A DNA stretch of 64,000 nt, taken from the NCBI GenBank assembly GCA_964590495.1, contig CAZPWQ010000001.1, forward strand, positions 13,502-77,501, in the 5' to 3' direction. The translations under genes were made by a program, and so were the position numbers. This document shows positions 9,377 to 18,935 of the stretch, in pieces (position 1 is the stretch's first letter; the number at the start of each line of letters is the position of its first letter). Under the pieces are notes generated by a model that was not told where the DNA came from, did no database searches, and saw nothing but the letters and a program-made list of their open reading frames with translations. This stretch comes from an uncultured Balneolaceae bacterium (GTDB taxonomy: Bacteria; Bacteroidota; Rhodothermia; Balneolales; Balneolaceae).

Positions 9377-9634
9377 TTGCTTACGAATGAAAGCCCATAT
9401 CACGAGCAGTTTCACGAGTTACTCGATCATATTCGTGACGAGGTAACTGACTTGCATCAGCAGATAAAAGAGCTGAAAAAAGAGAATGAGCAGTTAAAAA
9501 CGAAGCTGGAAGAAATACAGGAGGGGCAGACAGATATTTTTTCTGCCATGACGGAATCTGAACGACTTGCATTACGCCATCAGGTATTGGGACTTATATC
9601 GAAAATCGATCACCATCTGGAGGATGAAGCATGA
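9377..9634 (+). CDS. small coiled-coil protein (ZapB-like architecture), function unknown
   Basis: 85-aa ORF with a TTG start. Heptad-rich segment VTDLHQQIKELKKENEQLKTKLEEIQEG. 4-nt ATGA overlap with the zapA start suggests translational coupling. Start codon uncertain. Confidence 0.55.
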   Translation: MLTNESPYHEQFHELLDHIRDEVTDLHQQIKELKKENEQLKTKLEEIQEGQTDIFSAMTESERLALRHQVLGLISKIDHHLEDEA

Positions 9635-9924
9635 AATCACTTAAAGTCACTATTCTCGGCAAACAGTATCCGCTTAAGGTTGAAGATTCGGAAGTTGAAG
9701 CGATGATGCGGATTTCCCAGTATGTCGATGAAAAATTCCGGCAGTATAAGAAGGAATTGAATAAACAGCCTGATACTACCGTTATGGTTCTCGCCGCTCT
9801 CAGTATCGCCGAAGAGCTTTTTGAAGAACGCAAACGAAACCGGGAACTAAGTCAGCAGGAAGATAAAGTACTCCAGAACGTGAATAAATCGCTCGAAAAA
9901 TTTGTAGACGAAATTCGTTCCTGA
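9631..9924 (+). CDS. zapA: cell division protein ZapA
   Basis: 97 aa. VTILGKQYPLKVEDSE...MVLAALSIAEELFEERKRNRE followed by a coiled-coil tail, which is the typical ZapA layout and size. Confidence 0.85.
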   Translation: MKSLKVTILGKQYPLKVEDSEVEAMMRISQYVDEKFRQYKKELNKQPDTTVMVLAALSIAEELFEERKRNRELSQQEDKVLQNVNKSLEKFVDEIRS

Positions 9925-9954
9925 CTATTAAACCCACATTAACAATTGTAGTGT

Positions 9955-10190
9955 CGAATAACGCTTTGATTTATTGAGGAGCAACTATATTGTCATCCCG
10001 AGTGGAATCCGCCGGCTGGAATGTATATTCATAGCTGGTTCTTTAACGGCGGTGGAACCGAGGGGTCTCATCCGTTGAATAATGGCATCTAATTTTACTA
10101 AAAAGGTTCGATAGTTGCCTTTGCTGAAATTGAAAGCAGGTAATGATGTAAAAGCCAACGGAAATCTGATTCCGAGAATGATTTTTTATT
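9955..10190 (+). ncRNA. candidate structured RNA (6S-like sRNA or cis-leader of ymdB-lolD); boundaries approximate
   Basis: 312-bp gap without an ORF. Long-range imperfect helix with cores GCTTT 9963-9967 / AAAGC 10133-10137 and GCAACTAT 9981-9988 / ATAGTTGC 10111-10118. Inner helix CCGCCG 10009-10014 / CGGCGG 10047-10052, flanked on both sides by TGGAA. Apical hairpin GAAT-GTAT-ATTC 10019-10030. Hairpin CGGAA/TTCCG 10159-10174, then a T-run at 10182-10187. No covariation evidence is available. Confidence 0.3.
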
Positions 10191-10201
10191 CCTTACCTTA
10201 C

Positions 10202-10224
10202 GCCTCTCTTTAAGAGGCTTTTTT
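10202..10224 (+). terminator. rho-independent terminator 19 nt upstream of the ymdB-like ATG
   Basis: GCCTCT (10202-10207) / AGAGGC (10213-10218) stem, 5-nt loop, then TTTTTT (10219-10224). Confidence 0.7.
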
Positions 10225-10242
10225 ATTTAACAGATTTTGAGA

Positions 10243-11064
10243 ATGTCAAAAACCGAAATAAATATACTTTTCATCGGCGATATTGTGGGCGATCCGGGAT
10301 TGAGCCTGTTGTCGACTATACTACCCGGCCTGATCAAGAAGCATGATGCCGATTTTGTTATTGCAAACGGTGAAAACTCTCATGAAGGCAAAGGGATCAA
10401 CCGTACGATTATTAAAGCACTGTACGATCTGGGGGTTCACGTTATTACCGGCGGCAACCATTCATTCGCCAAATGGAAAGTGTTTGATTACATGAAAGAA
10501 GATGGCAACATCCTTCGCCCGATGAATTATCCGAAAGGTAATCCCGGCTATGGATATGGCGTTTACGACATTCCGGAACTAGATCAGAAAATCGGTGTCC
10601 TCAATCTACAGGGACGAACTTTTATGCAGGCTATAGATGATCCGTTTACCACGGCCGACTGGGTACTGGATCGCATTAATGAACAAACTGATATAGTTTT
10701 TATAGATTTTCATGCAGAAGCTACAGCCGAAAAACTGGCCCTGGCATGGCATCTGGACGGCAGGGCATCGGTTTTTGTTGGTACACATACACATGTACCG
10801 ACCAATGATGCGCGTATATTTCCCAAAGGCACCGGTTATATAAGTGACGCAGGTATGACAGGATCATTTGATTCTGTATTGGGAATGGATAAAAACACCT
10901 CTATGAAGCGATTTATGCTGGGCACTCCGCACCGTTATAAGCTGGCTAACGGCAATAACCACCTCTGTGGAATTTTTGCCAAAGTAGACCTGGATACGGC
11001 CAACTGTACCCATATAGAACCAATCATTTATCCCTCGTTTAAAAACAGCAACAGATCAGAATAA
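10243..11064 (+). CDS. ymdB: YmdB-family metallophosphoesterase (2',3'-cyclic-nucleotide phosphodiesterase-like)
   Basis: MSKTEINILFIGDIVGDPG...DFVIANGENSHEGKGI...ITGGNHSF...FIDFHAEATAEK...VGTHTHVPTND...YISDAGMTG, the diagnostic calcineurin-like motif series of the YmdB family. The track ORF starts at TTG 10237; ATG 10243 is preferred. Confidence 0.85.
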   Translation: MSKTEINILFIGDIVGDPGLSLLSTILPGLIKKHDADFVIANGENSHEGKGINRTIIKALYDLGVHVITGGNHSFAKWKVFDYMKEDGNILRPMNYPKGNPGYGYGVYDIPELDQKIGVLNLQGRTFMQAIDDPFTTADWVLDRINEQTDIVFIDFHAEATAEKLALAWHLDGRASVFVGTHTHVPTNDARIFPKGTGYISDAGMTGSFDSVLGMDKNTSMKRFMLGTPHRYKLANGNNHLCGIFAKVDLDTANCTHIEPIIYPSFKNSNRSE

Positions 11065-11756
11065 TGGCGGAAGCTAATTCGATTTTAACGGGCAGGAATA
11101 TCCGTAAAACATACAAACACGAATTTAAAGAAGGGCATTTAACCGTTCTTGACGATGTTTCAATTTCCATAGAAAGAGGATCGGTTGTGACCGTTGCGGG
11201 TGCCAGCGGATGCGGTAAAAGTACCCTGTTGCATATTCTCGGCGGTCTGGATCGCCCGGATTCCGGTGCCATCGAATGGAAAGGGAAATCGATTTACAGT
11301 ATGGATGCAGAAGCACTGGCTCAATTCAGGAACAGGCAGCTGGGGTTTGTATTTCAGTTTCACCACCTTCTGCCGGAATTCACCGCTCTTGAAAATGTTA
11401 TGATGCCTGCACTGATTGCGGATCAGTCGCTGGAAGAAGCGCAGCAGCGTGCCACTTCCCTGTTGGAGGAATTCGGTATTCCCGACAGGGCTGAGCATCG
11501 TCCCGCCCAACTTTCGGGCGGCGAACAACAGCGGGTTGCCATGGCCCGTGCTCTAATGAATAAACCCAGGCTGCTGCTGGCGGATGAACCTACCGGCAAT
11601 CTTGATGAAAAAAATACGGAGATATTGCTCGATCTTCTATTCAGCCTGAGCGAAAAGGAAGATGTCAGTATTTTACTAATAACTCATGAGAAGGACATTG
11701 CCAGGCGCTCTGACGTTGTGTATGAGCTTTCGAAAGGAAAGTTGCACCCGCTTTAG
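11064..11756 (+). CDS. lolD: ABC transporter ATP-binding protein, LolD/MacB-type
   Basis: Walker [28 protein letters not shown], signature [15 protein letters not shown], Walker [13 protein letters not shown]. The start overlaps the ymdB stop (TAATG). The gene symbol rests on family resemblance only. Confidence 0.75.
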   Translation: MAEANSILTGRNIRKTYKHEFKEGHLTVLDDVSISIERGSVVTVAGASGCGKSTLLHILGGLDRPDSGAIEWKGKSIYSMDAEALAQFRNRQLGFVFQFHHLLPEFTALENVMMPALIADQSLEEAQQRATSLLEEFGIPDRAEHRPAQLSGGEQQRVAMARALMNKPRLLLADEPTGNLDEKNTEILLDLLFSLSEKEDVSILLITHEKDIARRSDVVYELSKGKLHPL

Positions 11757-12079
11757 TGCGATTTGTAAGCCCTGTCCCATCTTCTAATCATTTCCCTTAC
11801 CACAGATTACCGGCGCCACAACCTGTCATCCTGAGACCACAGAATATAACCGGGGCAACCAACGCACCAGTCGAAGGATCTCGTTTACATGGCAACCAGC
11901 CAAGACAAAGGCCTCTGCCCCACCCACGAGATTCTTCGGCAGCGGACCGGAAAAACCACCGGTCCTTACTCAGAATGACAATGCTTATAATAGTTGGTAA
12001 AAAATGAATCTTATATTTTGGTATGATCTAAAACAATGATAATTTTGACCCCTAAAACAAACAGAACAGATACAGGAAA

Positions 12080-12772
12080 ATGGCAAAAAAGAAATTATCA
12101 AAAGAAGAACTTGAACAGGATCCGTTACTGGATGCCTATATTTCAACCCAGACCTTTTACCAGGCAAACAAGTCCATGGTAATAGGGGCGACAATCGCTA
12201 TTATTTTAATTGTAGGCGGAGGTTTGGGATACTACTATTATTCCCAAAGCCAGGAAGGACAGGCACAACAGTTGATGGTGTTTGCAGAACAAAAATATAT
12301 GAACGGGAATTATGAAGAGGCTTTATACGGATCAGAGGCAGACTTCACCGTTGGTTTTGAACAGATTATCAACAACTATTCGATAACTAATGCAGCCAAC
12401 CTTGCTCAATACTATGCAGCTGTCTGTGAGTTCAATCTTGGTAATCCTGATCAAGCGCTGAATTATATTCAAAATTATTCTGCACCCGATGGCATACTGG
12501 GAGTCGGACCTATCTCTTTCCATGGAGTAATCCTCTCCGAGCTCGGCCGGTTTGAAGAGGCAGCAGCCATCTTTGTAAAAGCTGCCAATTGGAACAGGAA
12601 TGAATCCACCACACCATATAATCTGCTGAAAGCAGCCAATGCCTATCTGGATTCCGATATTCCTGAGGAAGCTGAACAATATGCCGAACAAATTGTCAGT
12701 GAATATCCCGACAGTCAGCAGGCGACAGAAGCACAGCGAATACTTGGCATGGTTGCTGTAGCTGACAACTGA
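12080..12772 (+). CDS. membrane-anchored TPR-like protein (YfgM-like architecture)
   Basis: 230 aa. Charged N-terminus, single TM (MVIGATIAIILIVGGGLGYYYY), then helical-repeat segments (GNYEEALYG, GNPDQALNYIQ, GRFEEAAAIFVKAA, EEAEQYAEQIVSEYPDSQQATEAQ). Confidence 0.7.
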   Translation: MAKKKLSKEELEQDPLLDAYISTQTFYQANKSMVIGATIAIILIVGGGLGYYYYSQSQEGQAQQLMVFAEQKYMNGNYEEALYGSEADFTVGFEQIINNYSITNAANLAQYYAAVCEFNLGNPDQALNYIQNYSAPDGILGVGPISFHGVILSELGRFEEAAAIFVKAANWNRNESTTPYNLLKAANAYLDSDIPEEAEQYAEQIVSEYPDSQQATEAQRILGMVAVADN

Positions 12773-13102
12773 CTATCTCTGTTTCCGAATAAAAAAGACA
12801 TTTCCAGCTCGGGATTTTACGACTAAGGCACTTAGCTTTGTGTTCTTAATGCCTTGGTGGTATTCCCAATCCGTCTCATCCCTCCCCCTCTCACATAACG
12901 CCTCCCTACTCAGAAATTAATCCCTATAATCTTATAAAAGAGCCTGTTTTTAATAATTATTTTTATTAAATATGGGATAAATATTTTCATAATCATGCAA
13001 AAAGATTGAACTGACCCAGAAATTTTATATAATTAAATATTATAACAAACGTATCCCCACCCCGTGGGTGCAGATAAATTTTATAATCTCGAACATACTG
13101 TT

Positions 13103-14821
13103 ATGGCAAAAAAGGATATTAACATAAACCAGTCTCCGGAAGAATATGACGCTATTGTAGTAGGATCCGGTATCACCGGTGGTTGGGCTGCAAAAGAATT
13201 GACTGAAAAAGGATTAAAAACACTGGTACTGGAGCGGGGCCGGGATGTCGTTCACGGTCAAGATTATGAAACTGAGCATCAACCGCCGTGGGAAGCACAA
13301 TTCAGAGGGATGGGCGACCGAAAACTATTTAATGAAGAATATCCTTTTCAGCTTCGGTCGGATGTCATCAATGAATATAATTATCATTTCTTTGTTAATG
13401 ACAAGGAGAATCCTTACCAGACTGATGAAGAAGATCCTTTCCTGTGGGTACGGGGATACCATGTTGGCGGACGATCACTTACCTGGGGCCGACAGTGTTA
13501 CCGGTGGAGTGATATTGATTTTGAGGCTAATGCCAAAGAGGGAATTGCCATCGACTGGCCCATCAGGTACAAAGATGTCGCTCCGTGGTATGATTACGTA
13601 GAAGAGTTTGTAGGTGTCAGCGGACAGGAAGAAGGACTCCCCCAGCTTCCCGATGGAAAGTTCCTCCCTCCCATGGATATGAATTGTGTTGAGCGGGACA
13701 TCAAGAAGCAAGTGGAAAATAATTTTCCGGAGCGCGTAATAACTATCGGGCGTTCTGCGGTATTGACACAGCCCCACAAAGGACGGGGAGCCTGTCATTA
13801 TTGCGGTCCGTGTTCGCGGGGATGCAGTGTGGGAGCTTATTTCTCCAGTCAGAGCAGTACCTTGCCGGCAGCACGTAAAACAGAAAATATGACACTCCGG
13901 CCCAACAGTATTGTCCACAGCATTATTTATGATAAAGAAACACAGCGTGCAAAAGGTGTTCGTGTCATTGATCGTGTTTCAAAAGAGTCAATGGAATTTT
14001 ATGGCAAAGTAGTATTTATGTGTGCTTCTACCCTTGGTACTACTCAAATAATGCTGAATTCAACATCAGATGTTTTCCCTGATGGTATTGCGAATTCCAG
14101 TGGTGTACTCGGACATTACCTGATGGATCATCATTTCCGCGTTGGTGCCTCCGGACAGTTTGAGGGCTATGAAGATCAATATTACCATGGAAATCGACCT
14201 AACGGCATATATATTCCACGTTTCCGGAATATCAGCGAAGATACAAATATGGATTCCTTTACCCGTGGTTATGGTTTTCAGGGCGGGGCATCCAGATCTA
14301 GCTGGCAGCGTGGTATCGAAATGGATGGATTCGGTGAAGATTTAAAAAACAAGCTCAAGGATCCGGGACAGTGGAATTTCGGAATGACAGCTTTTGGTGA
14401 GGTTCTGCCGGATTATGACAATCATGCAAAACTGCATCCCGATAAAACCGACCAGTGGGGAATTCCTCAACTCGAAATTCATGCATCAATCGGAGAAAAT
14501 GAAGAAAATATGCGTAAAGATATGGCTGATACCGCTGTCGAAATGCTGGAAGCAGCCGGCGGAAAAAACGTCAATCCCTATTTTGATGAATATTTGATGG
14601 GAGAAGGAATTCATGAGATGGGGACAGCGCGTATGGGAGATGATCCTAATACTTCGGTGCTGAATAAATACAACCAGGCTCATGATGTACCCAACCTGTT
14701 TGTTACAGACGGTGCATGTATGACCTCAGCTGCCTGTCAAAACCCGTCGATTACCTATATGGCGCTCACCGCCCGCGCAGTTGATTACGCTGTTGATGAA
14801 ATGAAAAAAGGAAATATTTAA
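13103..14821 (+). CDS. GMC-family FAD-dependent oxidoreductase, large subunit (no signal peptide of its own)
   Basis: FAD fold YDAIVVGSGITGGWAAKELTEKGLKTLVLERG. C-terminal GMC block HEMGTARMGDDPNTSVLNKYNQAHDVPNLFVTDGACMTSAACQNPSITYMALTARA. The track ORF starts at GTG 13064; ATG 13103 (MAKKDIN) is preferred. Confidence 0.9.
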   Translation: MAKKDININQSPEEYDAIVVGSGITGGWAAKELTEKGLKTLVLERGRDVVHGQDYETEHQPPWEAQFRGMGDRKLFNEEYPFQLRSDVINEYNYHFFVNDKENPYQTDEEDPFLWVRGYHVGGRSLTWGRQCYRWSDIDFEANAKEGIAIDWPIRYKDVAPWYDYVEEFVGVSGQEEGLPQLPDGKFLPPMDMNCVERDIKKQVENNFPERVITIGRSAVLTQPHKGRGACHYCGPCSRGCSVGAYFSSQSSTLPAARKTENMTLRPNSIVHSIIYDKETQRAKGVRVIDRVSKESMEFYGKVVFMCASTLGTTQIMLNSTSDVFPDGIANSSGVLGHYLMDHHFRVGASGQFEGYEDQYYHGNRPNGIYIPRFRNISEDTNMDSFTRGYGFQGGASRSSWQRGIEMDGFGEDLKNKLKDPGQWNFGMTAFGEVLPDYDNHAKLHPDKTDQWGIPQLEIHASIGENEENMRKDMADTAVEMLEAAGGKNVNPYFDEYLMGEGIHEMGTARMGDDPNTSVLNKYNQAHDVPNLFVTDGACMTSAACQNPSITYMALTARAVDYAVDEMKKGNI

Positions 14822-14831
14822 GGAGGATATT

Positions 14832-15395
14832 ATGAACAGACGAGAAGCACTTAAACGACTGGCGCTGCTTTCGGGCGGAGCCCTCTCACTTTCAACGGTA
14901 AGCGGTATTCTGGGAGGCTGCCGCGCAAACGGAGACGGTGGCTCACTGCAAACTTTATCTCAGGATCAGTTCGAACTTGTTGCGCAAATGGCTGATTTGA
15001 TTATCCCGCCAACCGAAACCCCGGGTGCCAAAGCAGCGGGCGTACAGAATTTCGTAGATCATATGCTCACCAACTGGAATACAGAAGAAGAGAAGGAGCA
15101 TTTTCTCGAGGGACTGGATTATGTTGATGAAGTAAGTGAAGACAATTACGACTCCGGATTCATGGAACTTAATGATCAGCAGCAAACAGAGGTTCTGAAA
15201 CTACTGGAACAGGAAGCCAACGATAATCCCACGAGCGGAGAACTTAAACCTTTCTTTAAGATGATGAAAGAGTATACTATTGTAGGCTACTATACGTCAG
15301 AGATTGGAGCAGATGAGGAGCTTCAGGACGATACCGTTCCCGGTTATTACGATGCCTGTTTGCCTTATTCAGAGGTTGGCACCGCCTGGTCATAG
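14832..15395 (+). CDS. gluconate 2-dehydrogenase subunit 3-like small subunit with twin-arginine signal
   Basis: MNRREALKRLALLSGGALSLS is a Tat-type signal. 187 aa, starting 10 nt after the GMC stop. This is the usual partner that carries GMC flavoproteins to the periplasm. Confidence 0.85.
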   Translation: MNRREALKRLALLSGGALSLSTVSGILGGCRANGDGGSLQTLSQDQFELVAQMADLIIPPTETPGAKAAGVQNFVDHMLTNWNTEEEKEHFLEGLDYVDEVSEDNYDSGFMELNDQQQTEVLKLLEQEANDNPTSGELKPFFKMMKEYTIVGYYTSEIGADEELQDDTVPGYYDACLPYSEVGTAWS

Positions 15396-15422
15396 AATTA
15401 CCATCTGGTGTTATGTTATCAT

Positions 15423-15487
15423 AAACCTGTCAGGTTTAATTGTATATTATGCAACCCATAAAAACTGCTCCAAAACCTGACAGGTTT
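15423..15487. repeat. pair of 15-nt palindromes AAACCTG(T/A)CAGGTTT
   Basis: AAACCTGTCAGGTTT at 15423-15437 and AAACCTGACAGGTTT at 15473-15487, between convergent genes. Followed at 15521-15553 by CTAAGACACTTAGTGCACTAAGTGCCTTAGTGG, which is related to 12815-12865. Confidence 0.6.
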
Positions 15488-15552
15488 CACCCGACATTTT
15501 CCTGTTGACACTACCTAAGACACTTAGTGCACTAAGTGCCTTAGTGGTAAAA

Positions 15553-16275
15553 TCACTCTAAAGGCCTAATCTTAATATTGCGGAAGCTGATTTTATCCCC
15601 GTGATCCTGTAATCCGATATATCCTTCACGTGCATCGCCGAATTCAGGATGTTCCCTGAATTTACTGTTTCGTATCATCTCATACCATTCCGGCGTCCAT
15701 AATTCAAACTCCAATACTTTTGTCCCATTCTGCCAATGTTCCACCCTGGCTCCGTCTACTACTATTCTGGCTGAATTCCATTCTCCGTATGGTTTGGCAT
15801 TTTGCGGTTCGGCCGGGAGTAAATCATAGAGGGAAGCCGCCTTACGATTTCCGTTTTCACCGCGTTCCGCATCCGGGTGATTTTCATTATCCAGTAACTG
15901 GAATTCCGGTGCCGACCAGTAAATAGCCTGACTGGGTTGCTCCATTACTTTATAAAAAATTCCGCTGTTTCCGTCTTCAGAAATTTTCCATTCCAGCTTC
16001 AGGTCAAAGTTCTCATACTTCTCTTTCGTAATGATATCCTTTCCTCCCTCCCCTCCGGGTTTAAAAGTTAATGCCTCGTCTTCAATAACCCAACTGGATT
16101 CGGGAAAGTCATCTCCATTGTAAACCCGCCATTCACCAGTTGTTTCTCCATCGAATAAAAGTTTCCAGCCTTCATCCCTTTCCTGATCCGTTAGTGTATT
16201 TTGAGCCTGCGTCATAGATAACAAACATGTAAAGATTAATAAAAAACCGATTTCGAATATTATAAATTTTCTCAT
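15553..16275 (-). CDS. DUF1080 (3-keto-disaccharide hydrolase family) protein, secreted
   Basis: Sec signal MRKFIIFEIGFLLIFTCLLSMTQAQ. Family hallmarks: GWKLLFDG...W, FDLKLEWKISEDGNSGIFY, VEHWQNG, IGLQDHGDKISFRNIKIRPL. Confidence 0.9.
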   Translation of the reverse strand: MRKFIIFEIGFLLIFTCLLSMTQAQNTLTDQERDEGWKLLFDGETTGEWRVYNGDDFPESSWVIEDEALTFKPGGEGGKDIITKEKYENFDLKLEWKISEDGNSGIFYKVMEQPSQAIYWSAPEFQLLDNENHPDAERGENGNRKAASLYDLLPAEPQNAKPYGEWNSARIVVDGARVEHWQNGTKVLEFELWTPEWYEMIRNSKFREHPEFGDAREGYIGLQDHGDKISFRNIKIRPLE

Positions 16276-16405
16276 ATTCCAGTCTAATTATTTTATTTGT
16301 ATTGATTAAAAAATTTCATGACAGGTTACCACTAACTAATACGGAAAGAATCTTTTCAATCCGACGGCTGGCGGACTGTGGCTTCCTAAATATCCACTGC
16401 AATAA

Positions 16406-17410
16406 TTAGTATTCTGTTAACTCTTTTCCGACTTTCACCAGAAGCTCTTTTGAGGCCTTTATTCCTTCCGGCTCGCTAAGATTATTTCCCTCATACTCAA
16501 TTCCGATGTACCCGGTATATCCTGCATCTTTAACAATTTGAAGCATTTTTTTATAGTCGGTACCGGTTTCATAACCGTCGGAATCAAAATCGTGTGTTTT
16601 AGCACTTACCCCTTTGGCGTACGGCATCATTTCCCGAACTCCCTTATACCTGTCGTATACCCTGTTTTCTGAAATCTGAAAATTTCCAAAGTCAGGCAGG
16701 GTACCGCAATTATCCTTATTGACCTTTTCAATTACACCGACCAGCCAGGAAGCATCAGACGAATAGCCTCCATGGTTTTCTACAATCACATTTAAATTCT
16801 TTTTTCCGGCATAATCAGAAAGCATTGAAAGTCCTGAAGCAGCTGCTTCAGCCACCTCTTCTTCGGATCCGTTACCAGCAGCATTCACCCGTATAGAGTG
16901 ACAACCCAAAAATTCAGCGGCATCAACCCATTTATAGTGGTTTTCTACCGCCTGTTTCCGCTGACTGGCATCTGTGTCTCCCAAATTGCCTTCCTGGTCG
17001 CACATGATAATCAGATTTTCAACACCCGCTTCATCCGAACGTGATTTTAGCTCCCGCAGAAAAGACTGGTCTTCGGCTTTACCCATATAAAAAGTATTTA
17101 CGTACTCTACAGCTGTTATGCCAAATTGCTCTTTAGCTATAGTTGGAAATTCGATGGGGTCGATATCTCCTTTTAATAATTCACCGTAATTCTTATTACG
17201 GATGGTACGGCCAAAATACTCCCAACCTTTCTGCATGGTCTCTTCCCCGAAAATTGACCGGTGCAACGACCACTGCGCAAGGGAAATATCAAAGAACAGA
17301 TCCGGATTTCCGGCACCACCTTTAAGAAACTTTGCCAGGCCCGGAGTTATAATAGATGCAGCTGATAAATAACCTGTTTTTTTTAAAAAATCTCTTCTAT
17401 TTATAATCAT
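16406..17410 (-). CDS. xylose-isomerase-like TIM-barrel protein (sugar phosphate isomerase/epimerase family), Tat-exported
   Basis: Twin-arginine signal MIINRRDFLKKTGYLSAASIITPGLA. Core segments GITAVEYVN, LGCHSIRVNAAG, LNVIVENHGG, GYTGYIGIEYEG. Confidence 0.9.
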   Translation of the reverse strand: MIINRRDFLKKTGYLSAASIITPGLAKFLKGGAGNPDLFFDISLAQWSLHRSIFGEETMQKGWEYFGRTIRNKNYGELLKGDIDPIEFPTIAKEQFGITAVEYVNTFYMGKAEDQSFLRELKSRSDEAGVENLIIMCDQEGNLGDTDASQRKQAVENHYKWVDAAEFLGCHSIRVNAAGNGSEEEVAEAAASGLSMLSDYAGKKNLNVIVENHGGYSSDASWLVGVIEKVNKDNCGTLPDFGNFQISENRVYDRYKGVREMMPYAKGVSAKTHDFDSDGYETGTDYKKMLQIVKDAGYTGYIGIEYEGNNLSEPEGIKASKELLVKVGKELTEY

Positions 17411-17618
17411 AAATTAATCCCTTCGCTATTCTTTAAATCTTTAGTTAAGTAATTACAGATTGTAGCAACAGATCTTAGGTCGTCTGTTCTAGAGATAAAT
17501 ATTTTTAATAAAAATTCAAATTTTAAAGCTATTTTTTTTATTGTAAAACAGAAATAGGTTCTGTCAGGGAAAATGGCTGATAAAGCGTTAAACTAATTTT
17601 AATATAAGGGATATTAGC

Positions 17619-18878
17619 ATGAATAAATTGATTCAAGCGAAACTAAGCGCGATGATGTTTCTGGAATTCTTTATCTGGGGTGCCTGGTATACTGCAGTAG
17701 CTGTTTATATGACGGCAAATGGTATGGAAAACCTGACGCACTGGCCGTTTACGGTAAATCCTATTGCGGCTATAGCGGCGCCTTTTTTTGTGGGGCTGAT
17801 TGCCGACCGTTATTTCGCTACTGAAAAAGTTCTGGGTGTACTTCATATGCTGGGAGCTGTCTTTATGTTTTTAACGCCCTTCGCTGTTGGTTTTCCCACT
17901 GTATTCATTTTACTTCTTTTGGCTTATAATTTATGCTATATGCCAACCATAAGTCTGACCAATACACTGGCTTTTCATAATATGGAAGATCAGGAAAAAC
18001 AATTCCCGATCATCCGGGTATTCGGCACTGTCGGCTGGATTGTCGCCGGCTTAATGGTAAGTTTCGTGCTCGGTTATTTTCTTACTGAAAATCTTAAACC
18101 GGAAGAAACAGCCCTCCCGCTTTACCTGACATCCGCAGCCAGCCTTTTATTGGGTGTGTACAGCTTTTTCCTCCCACACACCCCACCCCCGGCAAAGGGA
18201 GAAGAAGTATCCATTCGCAGTATTGTCGGAGCGGATGCACTCAAACAATTGGGAAGCAAATCATTTTATGTATTCTTAGCCAGCTCTCTTTTAATTTCAA
18301 TTCCACTGGCAGCTTATTATAATTTTACGCAGTTATTTTTGGGGGCGACCGGGTTTGAAAATATAGCTGCAACACAAACGATCGGCCAGGTCTCCGAGGT
18401 GATTTTTATGGTCCTGATACCGTTCTTCTTCATTCGCCTGGGCGTTAAATGGATGCTTGCAGCGGGTATGTTTGCCTGGGTAGCACGTTATGCCTTGTTT
18501 GCGCTCGGAGCCCCTACAGAGGCTGCCTGGATGATCCTTGCAGGTATTGCCTTACATGGTATCTGTTATGACTTCTTCTTTGTTACAGGCCAAATTTACG
18601 TAGATAAAAAAGCGACGGCCGCAGTACGGGGACAGGCGCAGGGTCTGATTGTACTTATTACTTACGGTGTAGGTATGCTTATCGGTGCCCAGCTGGCCGG
18701 CCTTCTCTATAATGCTTTCCTTGACGATGCAGTTGCCCTGACGCTGAATCAATGGCACGATTTCTGGTGGGTGCCCGCTGCCTTTGCCTTTATTGTCATG
18801 ATCATATTTATTGTACTGTTTGATGACAAAGTCATCGAAGAAAAGGAGGAGGCCGATCTCGAGGATTTTCGGGTTTAA
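17619..18878 (+). CDS. MFS transporter of the nucleoside:H+ symporter (NupG/XapB-like) family
   Basis: 419 aa, about 12 predicted TM segments. N-terminal LSAMMFLEFFIWGAWYTAVAVYM and GLIADRYF are typical of this family. The substrate is not inferable. Confidence 0.85.
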   Translation: MNKLIQAKLSAMMFLEFFIWGAWYTAVAVYMTANGMENLTHWPFTVNPIAAIAAPFFVGLIADRYFATEKVLGVLHMLGAVFMFLTPFAVGFPTVFILLLLAYNLCYMPTISLTNTLAFHNMEDQEKQFPIIRVFGTVGWIVAGLMVSFVLGYFLTENLKPEETALPLYLTSAASLLLGVYSFFLPHTPPPAKGEEVSIRSIVGADALKQLGSKSFYVFLASSLLISIPLAAYYNFTQLFLGATGFENIAATQTIGQVSEVIFMVLIPFFFIRLGVKWMLAAGMFAWVARYALFALGAPTEAAWMILAGIALHGICYDFFFVTGQIYVDKKATAAVRGQAQGLIVLITYGVGMLIGAQLAGLLYNAFLDDAVALTLNQWHDFWWVPAAFAFIVMIIFIVLFDDKVIEEKEEADLEDFRV

Positions 18879-18935
18879 TTTTATACAATCTGTTGTTAAA
18901 AAAGAAAAGACCCTCGTGTTGGAGTCTTGTCGTAT

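Noticed and set aside
11756-12007. ORF 11756..12007 and similar small ORFs (6380..6865, 18893..19135, 31238..31423, 34899..35165, 49087..49350) as real genes.
   Set aside because: They are composed mainly of palindromic repeat-element DNA found elsewhere in the window or recognisable as hairpin modules, and they sit between terminator-like structures.
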